The translations under genes were made by a program, and so were the position numbers. From Chrysemys picta bellii (Eukaryota), in assembly GCF_011386835.1 (NCBI RefSeq), contig NC_088814.1, positions 5,456,001 through 5,520,000 on the forward strand: DNA of 64,000 nucleotides, given 5' to 3'. This document shows, piece by piece, positions 23,406-34,221 of this stretch. The notes beneath the pieces were generated by a model. It saw nothing but the letters and a program-made list of their open reading frames with translations, was not told the origin of the DNA and made no database searches. Numbering within the stretch: the first letter of the stretch is position 1; every line of letters starts with the position of its first letter.

Positions 23406-24268
23406 TACAAGAAATAGAGTATTTATGGGAACTTTCTTTACAGGGGGGGGAAAAAATGTCTCGCCCACCGTTAAATTCTTACAGGCGAGCAGAGAACTTG
23501 CCTGTTGAGCCAGGCCACGAGTCTCCGCAGGAGAGCAGACCTTGCCCGATGGGAGGGAGACTGAATCCCCCCTCACTCCACAGACTAAAGCTCTGGGTTT
23601 ATCTACAGGCCCGGCCGGTAAACAGTCCGGTAAGAACTGTTTCAAAGCAGAAGTTCCCCTGCTCTGGCCAGAAAGTCCAGTGCCGTGACTGCGGCACTGT
23701 CCCTCTTCCAGTCTGATGTGCTGGGAGAAGCGCTTGCCCAGAGGTGGAGGAGAGGGCCGCAGCGTTAATGTTCAGCGTCACGGAGCCGGGATTCCAGAAT
23801 GGAGCTGACGAGTTTTGAAAGAGGACAGAGATCATCCCTCCCTCCTCAGGGACTCGTTAGAACGGAAGAACACACCCGCCAGCTCGCTTCTCCCCCAGGC
23901 GCGGCAGATCCCAGACGCTTCCAGAAGGCGTAAGTCACTCCTCCCCAGGAATGCACGCACCGAGGTCTGCAGGCTAGGACTGAGCGCCCCAGGACGGCCA
24001 CACAACAGGCGCTTCAGGCCCCCCGGGGCATGTACTAAGTGCACGAGAGCTCAAACTGCGCCACTGCTGCCCCCGTAACGCGTGCCGGGAGGGGCGCGTT
24101 ATCTCCACCGCGCTCACCCCCAGAGCTGCTGTGCGGGAGGGGACCTGGGCCGCCAGCACCCCAGCGTCCGTTGGCGCGGGGGCGACGACAGATCCTCTCA
24201 GGAGCGTTTTCAGAGCTGGTTCGCCGTTGTCTTGATGGACGTTTGGGAGGCCCTGGCCCAGGCGCCAT

Positions 24269-24378
24269 CTACTCCATCTTGATGATCATTTTCTTGACCG
24301 CCCTCCGGGAGGTGCCACACTTGCTGTTGATCACGGCGTTGAAGTTGCAGCTCTTGCCGCACACTTTGGTGACGTACT
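24269..24378 (-). CDS. BEN-domain protein, last coding exon
   Basis: Acceptor CCCACCCTCCTCCAG; (E)YVTKVCGKSCNFNAVINSKCGTSRRAVKKMIIKME*; phase 1 matches the preceding exon; resembles the NAC1 BEN end NAIAADMCTNARRVVRK as I recall it. Confidence 0.88.
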
Positions 24379-25753
24379 CTGGAGGAGGGTGGGGAGGGCA
24401 GAGAAGTGGAGCAAACAACCAGAGGCGCTCTGGCTTTTTATGAATCCACTGAGATGAATCCCGCCGGATACCAGCATGCAAAACCCCTAAGACCCTGCAG
24501 CATGTGGGACCCAGACAAGGGCACCAGGCTCTCATCCCAGAGGTGCTACTAACTTGCTCTGCGGCCTGGGGCATCACCCATCCAATCTGATCTTGCATTT
24601 AGCCCGTTGGTCTCTTCACCCTCTGTGTCTGAATTCTTTGCTGCCGAACGGGGTGGTAATCCCTACATCATAGGAAGTGCACGAGGGCGGCGGATTAACT
24701 AGATCAGAAACACTAGTGAGTTGAAGGTGTGTAAAGCACGGGGGGACGTGACTGGGGATCTGGGCTGCCTTGGCTTGTGGGTGCCCAATCTGAGACCCCT
24801 TGATGGGGTTTTCAGAAAGCACTTAGCACCGGCACTCTGAAAATCAGGACCCTTTAAGGTGCCTCGAGTGGACCCTTTCTGGAACCCTTGGCCTGCATCT
24901 GCCGTTAGAATTGTTCCGGCGTCTCCGCCTGTCCAACCCAGGCACACAGCTTGGGGTATTTAAAGCTAACCCTCTCTTTCTGCATGTGCTTCTCACCACT
25001 AATGCTTCTCACCACTAATGCTGGGTGGTTATGTTTTGTAATTCGCTGGGCTGGGCCCAATGACTCTTTTGGCAGTAACAATGCTGCTGTGTTTGGGGGT
25101 CCTGAACTACGGCAGAAGGGGGAGTTGTACCAGCACAGATTAGGGTACGGATAAAATATATTCCCAAATAGCAGATTGGATGGTTCGAGGGGCTGGGAAT
25201 GGGCTCTGAGCTTTTCCTCTCTAAGTCCCCAATTCAAATCAAGCCCGGCTTGCCAGGGACTGAAAATCATCATCTCCCTGGGGCGGTGCATGGCCAAGGT
25301 GAAAGGAGTGGGGCGGCTCGGTCCTCTTTCCAGTAGACAGCTAGTCCCGACCACCCCGGCACTAACTGGCCAGCTCTGGCAGTCTCAGCAGGGGAGCTGA
25401 GAACTGAACCGGGCATGCAGACCGGAAAGGCTGCCCGAGGAAAACCCCAAGCAGGCCTCAGCCCCGTTGGCTTTGCTGTGGGACGGACGCTTGAAGTGCC
25501 CCTGCCGGTGCTATCTGCCGGCTCTGTGGATTCAGTCCCAGGCAGTCCGACTTCGCACCAAACAGAACCCCTCCTGCTGGGCAAGGACAATGGAGGAGGT
25601 GAGCAGAAGGAACCTGTCGGTCAGGATCAAACAGCGTCATCCTGTCCCTTTTGTGGGGGATCGTCACCATGTGCGCTCTCCACCCTCTGCGTCGTCAGGA
25701 GCCCCAGCCTCGCCCCATCTCCCTCCACAGAGCCCCCTGCCCACCCCCCCTAC

Positions 25754-26000
25754 CTTTGATAGCATTTACCACTGCGACCGGCAGGCGGATGGGTTTCTCC
25801 ATGGTCGTGTTGTTGTGGGCGATGCGCTGGCCGGTGGCCGAAGACCTGGCGAGCGTCTCCCGGGAGAAGAAGTAATCCAGCAGGCGCCTGGTCATCAGCT
25901 TGGGCTTGTCGGTAGAAACCTGCGAGAGGTCGTCCAGCTGGTGGTGGGTGACGTAGACCCCCGAGTTGGGGATCAGCTCCAGCTTGGGTCTCCCATTCTC
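25754..26000 (-). CDS. BEN-domain protein, BEN core exon
   Basis: ENGRPKLELIPNSGVYVTHHQLDDLSQVSTDKPKLMTRRLLDYFFSRETLARSSATGQRIAHNNTTMEKPIRLPVAVVNAIK; phase 0/1; aligns by eye to NAC1 KLELVTGTNVYITRAQL...[22 protein letters not shown]. Confidence 0.9.
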
Positions 26001-26277
26001 CTATGGCAAAGGGAGAGACGCCCCTCGTCATTCTGCTCTTTGTGGGTGCCCGGAGTCTGGGGAGACTCAGGCAGACCCCACCGTGCAGGCTAAACAAGCG
26101 ACAGACGCTGGGCTAACCCCAGCTGTCCTCTCTCAGGCCCAATCCCATTGATCTCAGTGGAGGGGATATCAGCCCTCGTTTTACAGATGGGGAAATTGAG
26201 GCACTGAAAGGTTGAGTAACTTGTCTTAGGTCACACAGCACGTTACTGGCAGAGCTGGGAATATAACCCAAGAGTTA

Positions 26278-26433
26278 GGGGGAGGGATAGCTCAGTGGTT
26301 TGAGCATTGGCCTGCTAAACCCAGGGTTGTGAGTTCAATCCTTGAGGGGGCCATTTAGGGATCTGGGGCAAAAATCTGGTCCTGTTGGACTAGATGACCT
26401 CCTGAGGTCCCTTCCAACCCTGATATTCTATGA
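26278..26433 (+). mobile_element. Tortoise-type tRNA-derived SINE
   Basis: Same head as 6116; CR1-like tail GTCCCTTCCAACCCTGATATTCTATGA. Confidence 0.85.
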
Positions 26434-27355
26434 AGACTAGTCTTTCTATGAAAGTCCTGCTCCAACCACTAGACTCCACTCCATCCTACAGCCAGGATTA
26501 GAACCCAGGATTCTTGCCTCCGTGCTCTAGTCACTCGACCGCACTCCTGCCTCTAAACTGGAATTTAAGCCTTTAAAATAGGGCAGGAAGGTGTTTGTCT
26601 GAGAGCAGGGGCCACACTCAGAGCTCCAAGCTGAGTCCTGCCAATCACCCCAGATACTATAGGGCAAACCTGCACCCCATTGCTCTCGGGAGAGCTGCCA
26701 GAGCTTGGACAACGCCCCCGGAGCCAGCAATAGGAGTCTCCTCTCTCATTCAGCCAGGAGAGGCTTAATGCTCCATTTCTGCAGTCCTCAGGAATCCAGG
26801 CACCTTTTAAGGCTGGAGCAGCTGCCTGTTTGGGCTCGGTTCTCCTGCCCAGCGCGGCGGGGGGCAAGCGTGGGCCCAGGGAATCGCAGAAGCCTGAGCT
26901 TGGCATGCGCTGGCTGATCGGTAAAAGGAAGAACCGAGGTGCGTCTGTTGCCGATTCAGGAAGACCCCCGTCGCAGCCATTTCCCCAATCCGTTCAGAGT
27001 CTGCCTGGGTCCCCTTTAAGAGAGCTGGAAGTGGTATGGGTGGGGCAGGATATGGAGCCTTTGATCCAAACAAAGAGGGAGGGGATCTCAGAGCAGGGCC
27101 CGGTCAGCTTCCCTAGGGAAGCTAGGAAGTAGCTGTGGTCCCTCCAAGTTCAGCCTCTGCCCAGACCAGTGTGGGACCGAGGTGTCCACCTGTCCTGCTG
27201 GAAGGGTAGGGATGGTCCTGGCTCCAAGGAGAAAAGATAATGCCCAACACTACCTCTCCCCCCGAGGTGTGTGCCCTCCCGGGGTCCCATTAGGCAGCAT
27301 CCCCAGGCATTCAATGACCAATGGCCCACATAGGAGCCGATCGCGAATCACCCAC

Positions 27356-27601
27356 CTCCACGGGCGACGCCCACACCGGGGTGCCATCGGGCAGCGTATC
27401 TTGTATGTTCTCCTCCCATAAGCAGGTGGCATCGCTGAGCGTGACGGGGCTCCCCGAGCCGTCCTCTGTGCTCATCCAGGGTGGGAAGCCGCTCGGGACC
27501 CCAGCTCGCATCCTCCAGACTGGGGGGCTTTTGGGGACCTCAGCTGGGGTGCACCTCTGCTCCCCCACAATGGGAGAGGTGAATGGCTGGAGGCCATTGG
27601 C
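27356..27601 (-). CDS. BEN-domain protein, Pro/Ser-rich linker exon
   Basis: Acceptor CTCCTATTGCAG, donor GAG|GTGGGT; 246 nt open, ANGLQPFTSP...WASPVE; phase 0/0. Confidence 0.78.
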
Positions 27602-28206
27602 CTGCAATAGGAGCGAATGCGTGGGGATGCCACGGACAGAGATGTGTGGTGGAAAAACTGAGTGATAAATTAGCTACCCCTTCCTGCCTCCGCCCCTCCC
27701 TGCTTCCCAGGAGGGGATAGGGCCTCCATAAGCTCTGGCCCAACCTGCTTTCAGTTCTCAGCTCCTCAACACCAGAAGGAAACTGGAGGGTGTTCAGAGA
27801 AGGGCTGGAGGAACTGAGCTAAATCGGTGAGGCTTGGCTAAACAGGAGGACGTGATCAGAGGCTATGGAGGGAGGAAACACCAAGGGGGTGCCCAGGAGA
27901 CTCGGCTTGCCCCTGCAATGATACAACGGGGTTTAACTGTGATATTGGGGGGTGGGGGGTGAAGAATGACAGCAGAGGGTGTGGGATCCTCTCCCCAGGA
28001 GCAAAATCCCTCCATTGTCTGGAATAGTTAAAATTACACTGGGGCAACTCTTAGAAAATGTTCTCCAGGGCTGCGGGGCTGGGCAGATGGGCTCGAAGGG
28101 GATTTCATCATCTCCGGCCTCCGATTCGTACACACCCAGGGAAGCCTTTCGCCTCCACGGTGCTGGTAGCTACCGCTCAGACAAGGGGAGACACTGGGGC
28201 ACCCAC

Positions 28207-28277
28207 CTGCAATGCTGCGTTGCTCTCCAGCAGCCCCACCAGGGCTTTCAGGAATTGGATGTTGCTCTCGTTGATGT
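28207..28277 (-). CDS. BEN-domain protein, short helical exon
   Basis: Acceptor TGTCTCTCCCCAG, donor CAG|GTGGGT; (D)INESNIQFLKALVGLLESNAALQ; its phase 1/0 bridges the neighbouring exons. Confidence 0.8.
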
Positions 28278-28929
28278 CTGGGGAGAGACATGTGCACAGA
28301 GACAGAGCTGAGCATCGCAGAGGAATTCCATCCCTGGCCAGGCCTCAGGCCGAGCTGGGTCACACGAGAGTCCCAGACACGCACAAAGAAGAGGGGTCCT
28401 TCCCTATCCACCCTGCTGCTCACCTGGTGCCCACTTCTTGCCCAGAGCCCCTACAGGTGTCTGTCTCTTTGATCCCAGCCCAGGAGCCTCTCTACAGAGC
28501 TGGCACCCGTGCAGCTGCCCAGATGGCGGGCCGTGCTCTTCTCTCTAGGCAGCACCACTAGAGTTGCAGCCACCACACTCGAGCTGGAGGTGGGACCCCA
28601 CTGAACGCCCAGCCAGGCGCAGGGGGAGGCCAGAGCTCACACATGGGTATCCCCAGCTCTAACCTAGGGACATGGGGTTTGCCCGGCTGGATCACACCAT
28701 TGGTCCATCAGGCTAAGCTGCTGCCTCCAGGCCTGACACCTCAGGATAAGGTGACGCCCCCACCACGCACGCTCTGATGCCGCTAGCCCGCTGGGCACCG
28801 TTTTAAGTGGGGAATGCAGAGACCAGCTGGGGCCTTGGAGCCCGAGAGCGGGTTAACGCCATCGGAGCTGGCCTAGCTGCAAACTGCCTCCACGATGCTA
28901 AGGCAGGAAAGGAAGGAGGATTGGGTTAC

Positions 28930-29600
28930 CAACACCGCCGTTTCCGGACCCCAGCACCGTCCTGCCTGCCGCTGCCCCTGCCCCGTTCCTGCTGGAGAGG
29001 AGGTCGTTCTGCTCCTCTAGGTTCCGGAGCTGGCTCTTCAGCTGCTGATTCTCCAGCTCCAGCTCCTTGATCCTCCTCTCCTGCCACATGGCGGCCTCTT
29101 CCCGAGAGGCGAGGAGATTCCGCAGCTCGGACATCTGCAGCTCCAGCTCCTTGACTAGCTCAGCGTATAGACCCGTCACCTTGCTCGCTCGGCTGCTAAT
29201 GCTGCTGCCTCCCGAGGGAGCTCGGCTGCTCCATGGGCAGCCGTCCTCGAGTCCGTAATTCAGGGATGGAGACTCCAGCTGCTCTGTGCTGGGCCTGTAG
29301 AGCACCGAGGCCCCAGAATGAGCGGCTCTGGGATTGTCCAAAGTCCTGGTGTGTGGCAGCCCGTCCTGGGGACGTCTGCTGTGGAGATCCAGGCTATTGC
29401 TCTGAAGGACGTGTCCGAAGGGGGACGGGCCCTGGGGCTGTGGCCCGCTCAGCGCACGAGGGAAGTGAGAGACAAGGCTGGGACTGGCCTGGGGTCCGTT
29501 GGAGAGCCTGGGTCTTTTCCGGTTCTTGATCTCCTCTTCCACGCACAGCAGAGAGTGGCTGGGCCTCCCAAGACTGCTCAGGGCTCCATGGGGTTGGGCG
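28930..29600 (-). CDS. BEN-domain protein, exon with basic NLS-like motif and coiled coil
   Basis: Acceptor TTTTGTCTGCTTCCAG, donor G|GTAACC; contains KNRKRPR and LYAELVKELELQMSELRNLL...IKELELENQQLKSQLRNLEEQNDLL; phase 2/1. Confidence 0.85.
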
Positions 29601-30269
29601 CTGGAAGCAGACAAAAGCCAAGAAGAAGCGAGTATAATGAAATCACATCTTTCCAGCCCTTACTGTCTCCAAATACTGTACAAACTGTGTGCATGCACAT
29701 GTGCGCACGCAGCAATCACATCGCCCACCAGTGAAATGCAGCCACCTCTGGGGTGGTATGTGGCAGCTGTTTAACACGGCAATTTATGGGAGGAAGTGAA
29801 GGAGAATGTTAAATCCACTTGAAACTCCAGGGGGAATTTCTGGAGGTAGATTGGAACCGCTGGAACTCCACCACTGGGCAGGCTACTGGGGCTAAGTCTT
29901 GTGAAAAGTTCCAGAGGATCTTTAATGGTCACAAGCCTTCAGGGTTGTGGCTTTCGGTGTAATTCAAGAGACAGTACATTCAAAGCCCCTCTGACTTCAG
30001 TGAGCATTGCAGGGGCCTCGCACTTCTGCGAATCCAACCTAAATTGCTGCTAAACACCTCCTGGCATGCTGCCGAATCACCAGCACTGGGGTGGTCTGGG
30101 GAAGTCTCCTGGACAAAGACTAGGCTCTGCTTAGCTTGTGAGATCAGACAGGTCCTAGTGACAAAGAGCTCTTCCATTCCCCCCCGCTACCGCTATCGTA
30201 TTCACTCGATCTAGGGACTTAGATGGCCCTCCTCACTGCAGCATCAGAGCCCCTCACCCTTATTAATGG

Positions 30270-30715
30270 ACTCAGATTCCCAGGCCAGGAAGGATCAATG
30301 TGATCATCTAGTCTGACCTCCTGTACACCTCAGGCCAGAGAACTCCCCCAAACAATTCCCAGGGCAGATGGTCTAGAACAACACATCCAATCTTGTTTTT
30401 AAATTGCCGGTGATGGAGACTCCACCATGACCGTTGGTCAATTATTCTAATGGGTAATGATCCTCACTATTAAACATTTACATCTTATTTCCAGTCTGAA
30501 TGGATCTAGCTTCATGGGAGCGTATTAGACCTTCCTCTTCTAGATTGAAAAGCCCATTATTAAATATTTGTTCACCATGTAGGTACTTACAGATCAAGTC
30601 ACCCCTCAACCTTCTCTTTGTTCAACTCAACAGATTGAGCTCTTTCAATCTATCACTACAAGGCGTTTTCTAATCCTTTCCTCATTCTTGTGGCTCCTCT
30701 CCAATTCACCTTCAA
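30270..30715 (-). mobile_element. CR1 3' fragment
   Basis: Reverse complement of CR1 ORF2-end/3' UTR motifs (GATCATCTAGTCTGACCTCCTG, CCAGTCTGAAT...CTAGCTTCA). Confidence 0.7.
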
Positions 30716-30724
30716 AGCACACCT

Positions 30725-30858
30725 GGGGTTTTTAAGGTCAGGCTTGACAAAGCCCTGGCTGGGATGATTTAGTTGGGGATTGGTCCTGCTTTGAGCAGGG
30801 GGTTGGACTAGATACCTCCTGAGGTCCCTTCCAGCCCTGAGATTCTGTGATTCTATGA
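30725..30858 (+). mobile_element. Short CR1/SINE 3' end
   Basis: GGTCCTGCTTTGAGCAGGGGGTTGGACTAGAT...GTCCCTTCCAGCCCTGAGATTCTGTGATTCTATGA. Confidence 0.75.
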
Positions 30859-31434
30859 TATGGGGGAACTATTCTCCCCACCTTACAGACGGGGAATTAA
30901 GGCACGGGATAGAATAAGCAACCTAAAGAGTCCGCAGCAGAGATGGGTGTAAAACCCAAGGCCAGCGCCCTCTCTGCTACGCTCACACGAGGTTCTGAAT
31001 TGTAGCTGCTGCTTCTGGGGCTGTGCAGAGTCATTCCCTAGGAATTGGGACCAGAGGGCTAAGGGGAATGGGAGCTGGTGCCTTTTCCCTGTCAGGGACA
31101 GTTCAAATCCAGGCCAGTGTCTGCCAGCTGTTCCCCTCAGGTGACTGTTCGAAATAAGTTTCAGGGTCACAATCCAGTTCCTGCGGGGCAGGTGTCCCAT
31201 AACAACAGCAACCATTAAAGCTGGCGGGGAAGTAGCTTGCCCAAGGTCACCCATCAGACCAGTAGCCAAGCCAGGAATCAAACCCAGGTCTGCTGAATCC
31301 CAGTCCAGTACTCTAGCCTCGAAGCCACACTGCCTTCTGCAAAAAGTCACCTCAGGCCCCCACTACTGTGCCTTCTCAGCAGTTCTCAGTGGGTCCAGCT
31401 GGGTGACTCTGTTGTGGCATGTCCCCCCTCATAC

Positions 31435-31649
31435 CTGGTACATTCTGGGGGGGCGTGTCCTCGGGACTCCTGGAGCTCCAGCTCCTGGGGCTGTTGGAAG
31501 TCAGGGCTGCAGAGAACAGCACCTTCCAGTCCAGGCTCAGGCAGTTTGTACAGTGGGTGATCGTCTGGCTGCTCGCCATCTCCCATCCCTTGGTCCATGG
31601 CCTGGAGGTGGCTCTGCAGAGCCTGCAGGTCAGTGACACCACCAGACAT
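31435..31649 (-). CDS. BEN-domain protein, first coding exon (exon begins at NAGNAG acceptor 31718/31715)
   Basis: MSGGVTDLQALQSHLQAMDQ...APPECT; donor AG|GTATGA, phase 2; in-frame stops upstream of the ATG; joined CDS is 1560 nt, 519 aa. Confidence 0.78.
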
Positions 31650-32167
31650 TGCCTCTCATAGTCACACCTTCCAGCCCCAATGAAACATAGTGGAGGAGAG
31701 GGAGGAAAACTCAACCTGCTGAAGAGAGAAAGAGATGGGAAGAGACACCAGCAGGAAAAAAGAAATGGAAAAGGATTGTATACAAATGCCAGTTTTGATC
31801 TGACACTGTCCTAACACCCTCACTGTTGATCCAGCCCCCAACCTCTACCCCTCAGCACCCACACACACCTTCTCTTGGTTTAGGATTTGTTTAGCTTTCC
31901 AGCCTTCTCTCTAATTAGCCCCATCACCCTCTCCTCTGACCTGGTTCCCCCATCTCCCTCCCCTCTCTCTGATGCACACGTCCCCCTCCTTGTCCCACAT
32001 CTGATTCCCCAACCCCCCCTCTAAAAACAGCCCTTTGCCTATTTTGACACCTGCTTCTCCCTCATCCTGGCCCTGCACTGCTCTCTGTTCCCTTCTCCTC
32101 CTCCATTACTACCCCTGCCTTGATCACCCACTTTGCCCTCTGTCTGGCCTCCTCCCTTTCTTGAAAC

Positions 32168-32505
32168 CTCACAGAATCATAGCACTGGAAGGGACCTTGA
32201 GAGGTCATCTAGTCCAGTCCCCTGCACTCTAGGCAGGACTAAGTATTAGCTAGACCATCCCTGACAGGTGTTTGTCCAACCTGCTCTTAAAAATCCCCAA
32301 TGATGGAGATTCCAAAACCTCCCCAGGCAATTTATTCCAGTGCTTAACCACCCTGACAGGAAGTTTTTCCTAATGTCCAACCTAAACCTCCCTTGCTGCA
32401 ATTTAAGCCCATTGCTTCTTGTCCTGTCCTCAGAGGTTAAGAAGAACAATTCTTCTCCCTCCTCCTTGTAACAACCCTTCATGTACTTGAACCTGTCTAT
32501 TCCTG
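32168..32505 (-). mobile_element. CR1 3' fragment
   Basis: Minus-strand translation FKYMKGCYKEEGEELF...TRSNGLKLQQGRFRLDIRKNF (CR1 ORF2 end). Confidence 0.88.
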
Positions 32506-32559
32506 TCTCTTTTCTCCTCTTCCTTTCCTTGTCCTCTGTCTGATTTCCCCCCACTCATG

Positions 32560-32865
32560 ACATCTGTCTGATCCCCACCCTCTTCTCCTTGCCCTGACTA
32601 AACCCACTTGTCTTCTATCTGGAGCCTTGTCTGCCCCCCCCCTTCCTCCTCCTCTCTGTTTTCCCCACATGTCCCCTGTTTGCCCCTTCCCTCTGTCTAT
32701 TCCCCCCACATGTCCCCTGTCTGCCCCCTTCCCTCCTTGCTCCTGTCTGTTCCCCCCACGTCCCCTTCCCTGTTTCCTCCATATGCCCCCCTGTATGGAC
32801 CCTCCCTTTCGTCCCCCACCTCCTGTTATCCACCCCCATCCTTCCCTCCCCCCGGGACACTGTAC
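32560..32865 (-). repeat. Degenerate C-rich (G-rich on minus strand) repeat
   Basis: Recurrent CCCCCACATGTCCCCTGT(C/T)TGCCCCCTTCCC blocks. Confidence 0.7.
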
Positions 32866-33119
32866 CTTTAACATCCCCTCCATGTGCCTGTTTACAGCCC
32901 TGACACCATTTCCTGGTCCCCGAGTCCCGCCCCTGCCGCTTCCCCACTGGCTGAGGTCTGGCCCTGTCTCCCGTCTGATTGGAGGCCAGGGATCGGCTCC
33001 CTATTGGCTGCTGGGACAGGGGCGTGAGCTGAAATCGCCCCGCCCCGGCGTGCGGGACGTCCGGCGTCCTGCCCTCTTAAGGGGCGGGGTCTTTGCGCGC
33101 GCGCGGCGGGGGCGGGGCT
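32866..33119. promoter_or_regulatory. Bidirectional CpG promoter for PNPO and the BEN gene, including a probable non-coding BEN exon 1 ending at 32866
   Basis: ATTGG at 32978 and 33003; GC boxes near 33040, 33081, 33110; minus-strand donor AAG|GTACAG at 32866/32865; strand skew flips across the island. Confidence 0.7.
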
Positions 33120-33254
33120 ATGATGCGTTACGCGGCGCGGAGGGGGCTGCGCGTTTGGGCCTGGCTCGGCTCCCGTCCTCCTGGGCAGGTGCTGGCGCCG
33201 GCTGCAGCCATGGACCTGGGGCCCCTGAGGAAAAGCTACCGGGGGGACAAGGAG
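33120..33254 (+). CDS. PNPO: Pyridoxine/pyridoxamine 5'-phosphate oxidase exon 1
   Basis: MMRYAARRGLRVW...AAAMDLGPLRKSYRGDKE; donor GTGAGA. Confidence 0.9.
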
Positions 33255-33261
33255 GTGAGAG

Positions 33262-33895
33262 GGGTCCGGGGGGGGAGGGGCACGTGGGGAGGGATCCAGG
33301 TGGGGGGGGGCTACAGGGGCCTCCCGGGGGGGCTACAGGGGTTCCCGTGGGGGAGGGGGCTACAGGGGGGGTCCTGTGGGGGAGGGGTCCTGGTGGGGGG
33401 GCTACAGGGGGAGTCGGGAGGGAGGGGTCCTGGTGGGGGGGGTCCCGGGGGGACGGGTCCTGGTGGGAGGGCTACAGGGAGGTGGGGGGGGGCTGCAGGG
33501 GTCTCCTGGGGGGGGAGCTATGGGGGGTCCGAGGGGGCTACAGGAGCCTCCTGGGGGGGGTACAGGGGGGATCCAGGTGGGGAGAACTACAGTGGAATCG
33601 GGGGGAGGGGTCTGGGGAGGGGCTACAGGGGGAGTTGCGGGGGAGGGGTCCAGGTGAGGGGGGCTACAGGGGAGGTCTGGGGAGGGGCTATGGGGGGGGG
33701 TCTGGGGGGGGGGGCTGCAGGAGGGTCCTGGTGGCAGGGCTACAGGTGGGTCCAGGGGGGGGGGGGGGCTTGGTGGTGGAGGGGCACGTGGGTGCTACAG
33801 GAGGAGGGGACTTGAGAAGGGGGGAGTCCCGGTGGGGGAGGGGCAGGTGGGAGGGTTCTAGAGCGGGGGCTCAAAGAGGGAGGTGAAGGGGGCGA
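33262..33895 (+). repeat. G-rich degenerate minisatellite in PNPO intron 1
   Basis: About 11 exact CTACAG cores embedded in G-runs (GGGGGGGCTACAGGGG...). Confidence 0.85.
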
Positions 33896-34221
33896 GGAGG
33901 AGGAAGGAGAGGGATCAGAAATCTGCTCTTCCTCCCCCCCACAGGTGGGGTGCACAATCACCCCTCCCCCACAGGTGCCCAGCTGGCAGGTGAGCTGGTC
34001 TTTACCCTGCTGCCCCTTGAGGCATGGTGCTCCCTCCCCTCGAGGCTCCCCCAGATCCTGCCCTGCTCTTATCCAAAGGCTGGGTGGGGGGTCATGGTGG
34101 GGATCACAGAAAAGCCCTGTGAGGGCCCTGTTCATCTCTAGGGGCCAGGGTAGGTTCCTTGCTCACAGCCACCCTGTGGCACTCGTCCATCAGGGGACAG
34201 CGCAGAGACCAGCAGTACAGC

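Noticed and set aside
24987-25022. 16-17-bp local duplication TGCTTCTCACCACTAA
   Set aside because: Ordinary slippage event in an intron with no functional hint.
25750-26097. 115-aa minus-strand ORF listed over the BEN exon
   Set aside because: Wrong frame; the BEN-coding frame is the one containing MTRRLLDYFF.
32627-33886. 419-aa and 240-aa plus-strand ORFs
   Set aside because: These read through GC-rich promoter and minisatellite sequence; only 33120-33254 is real PNPO coding.
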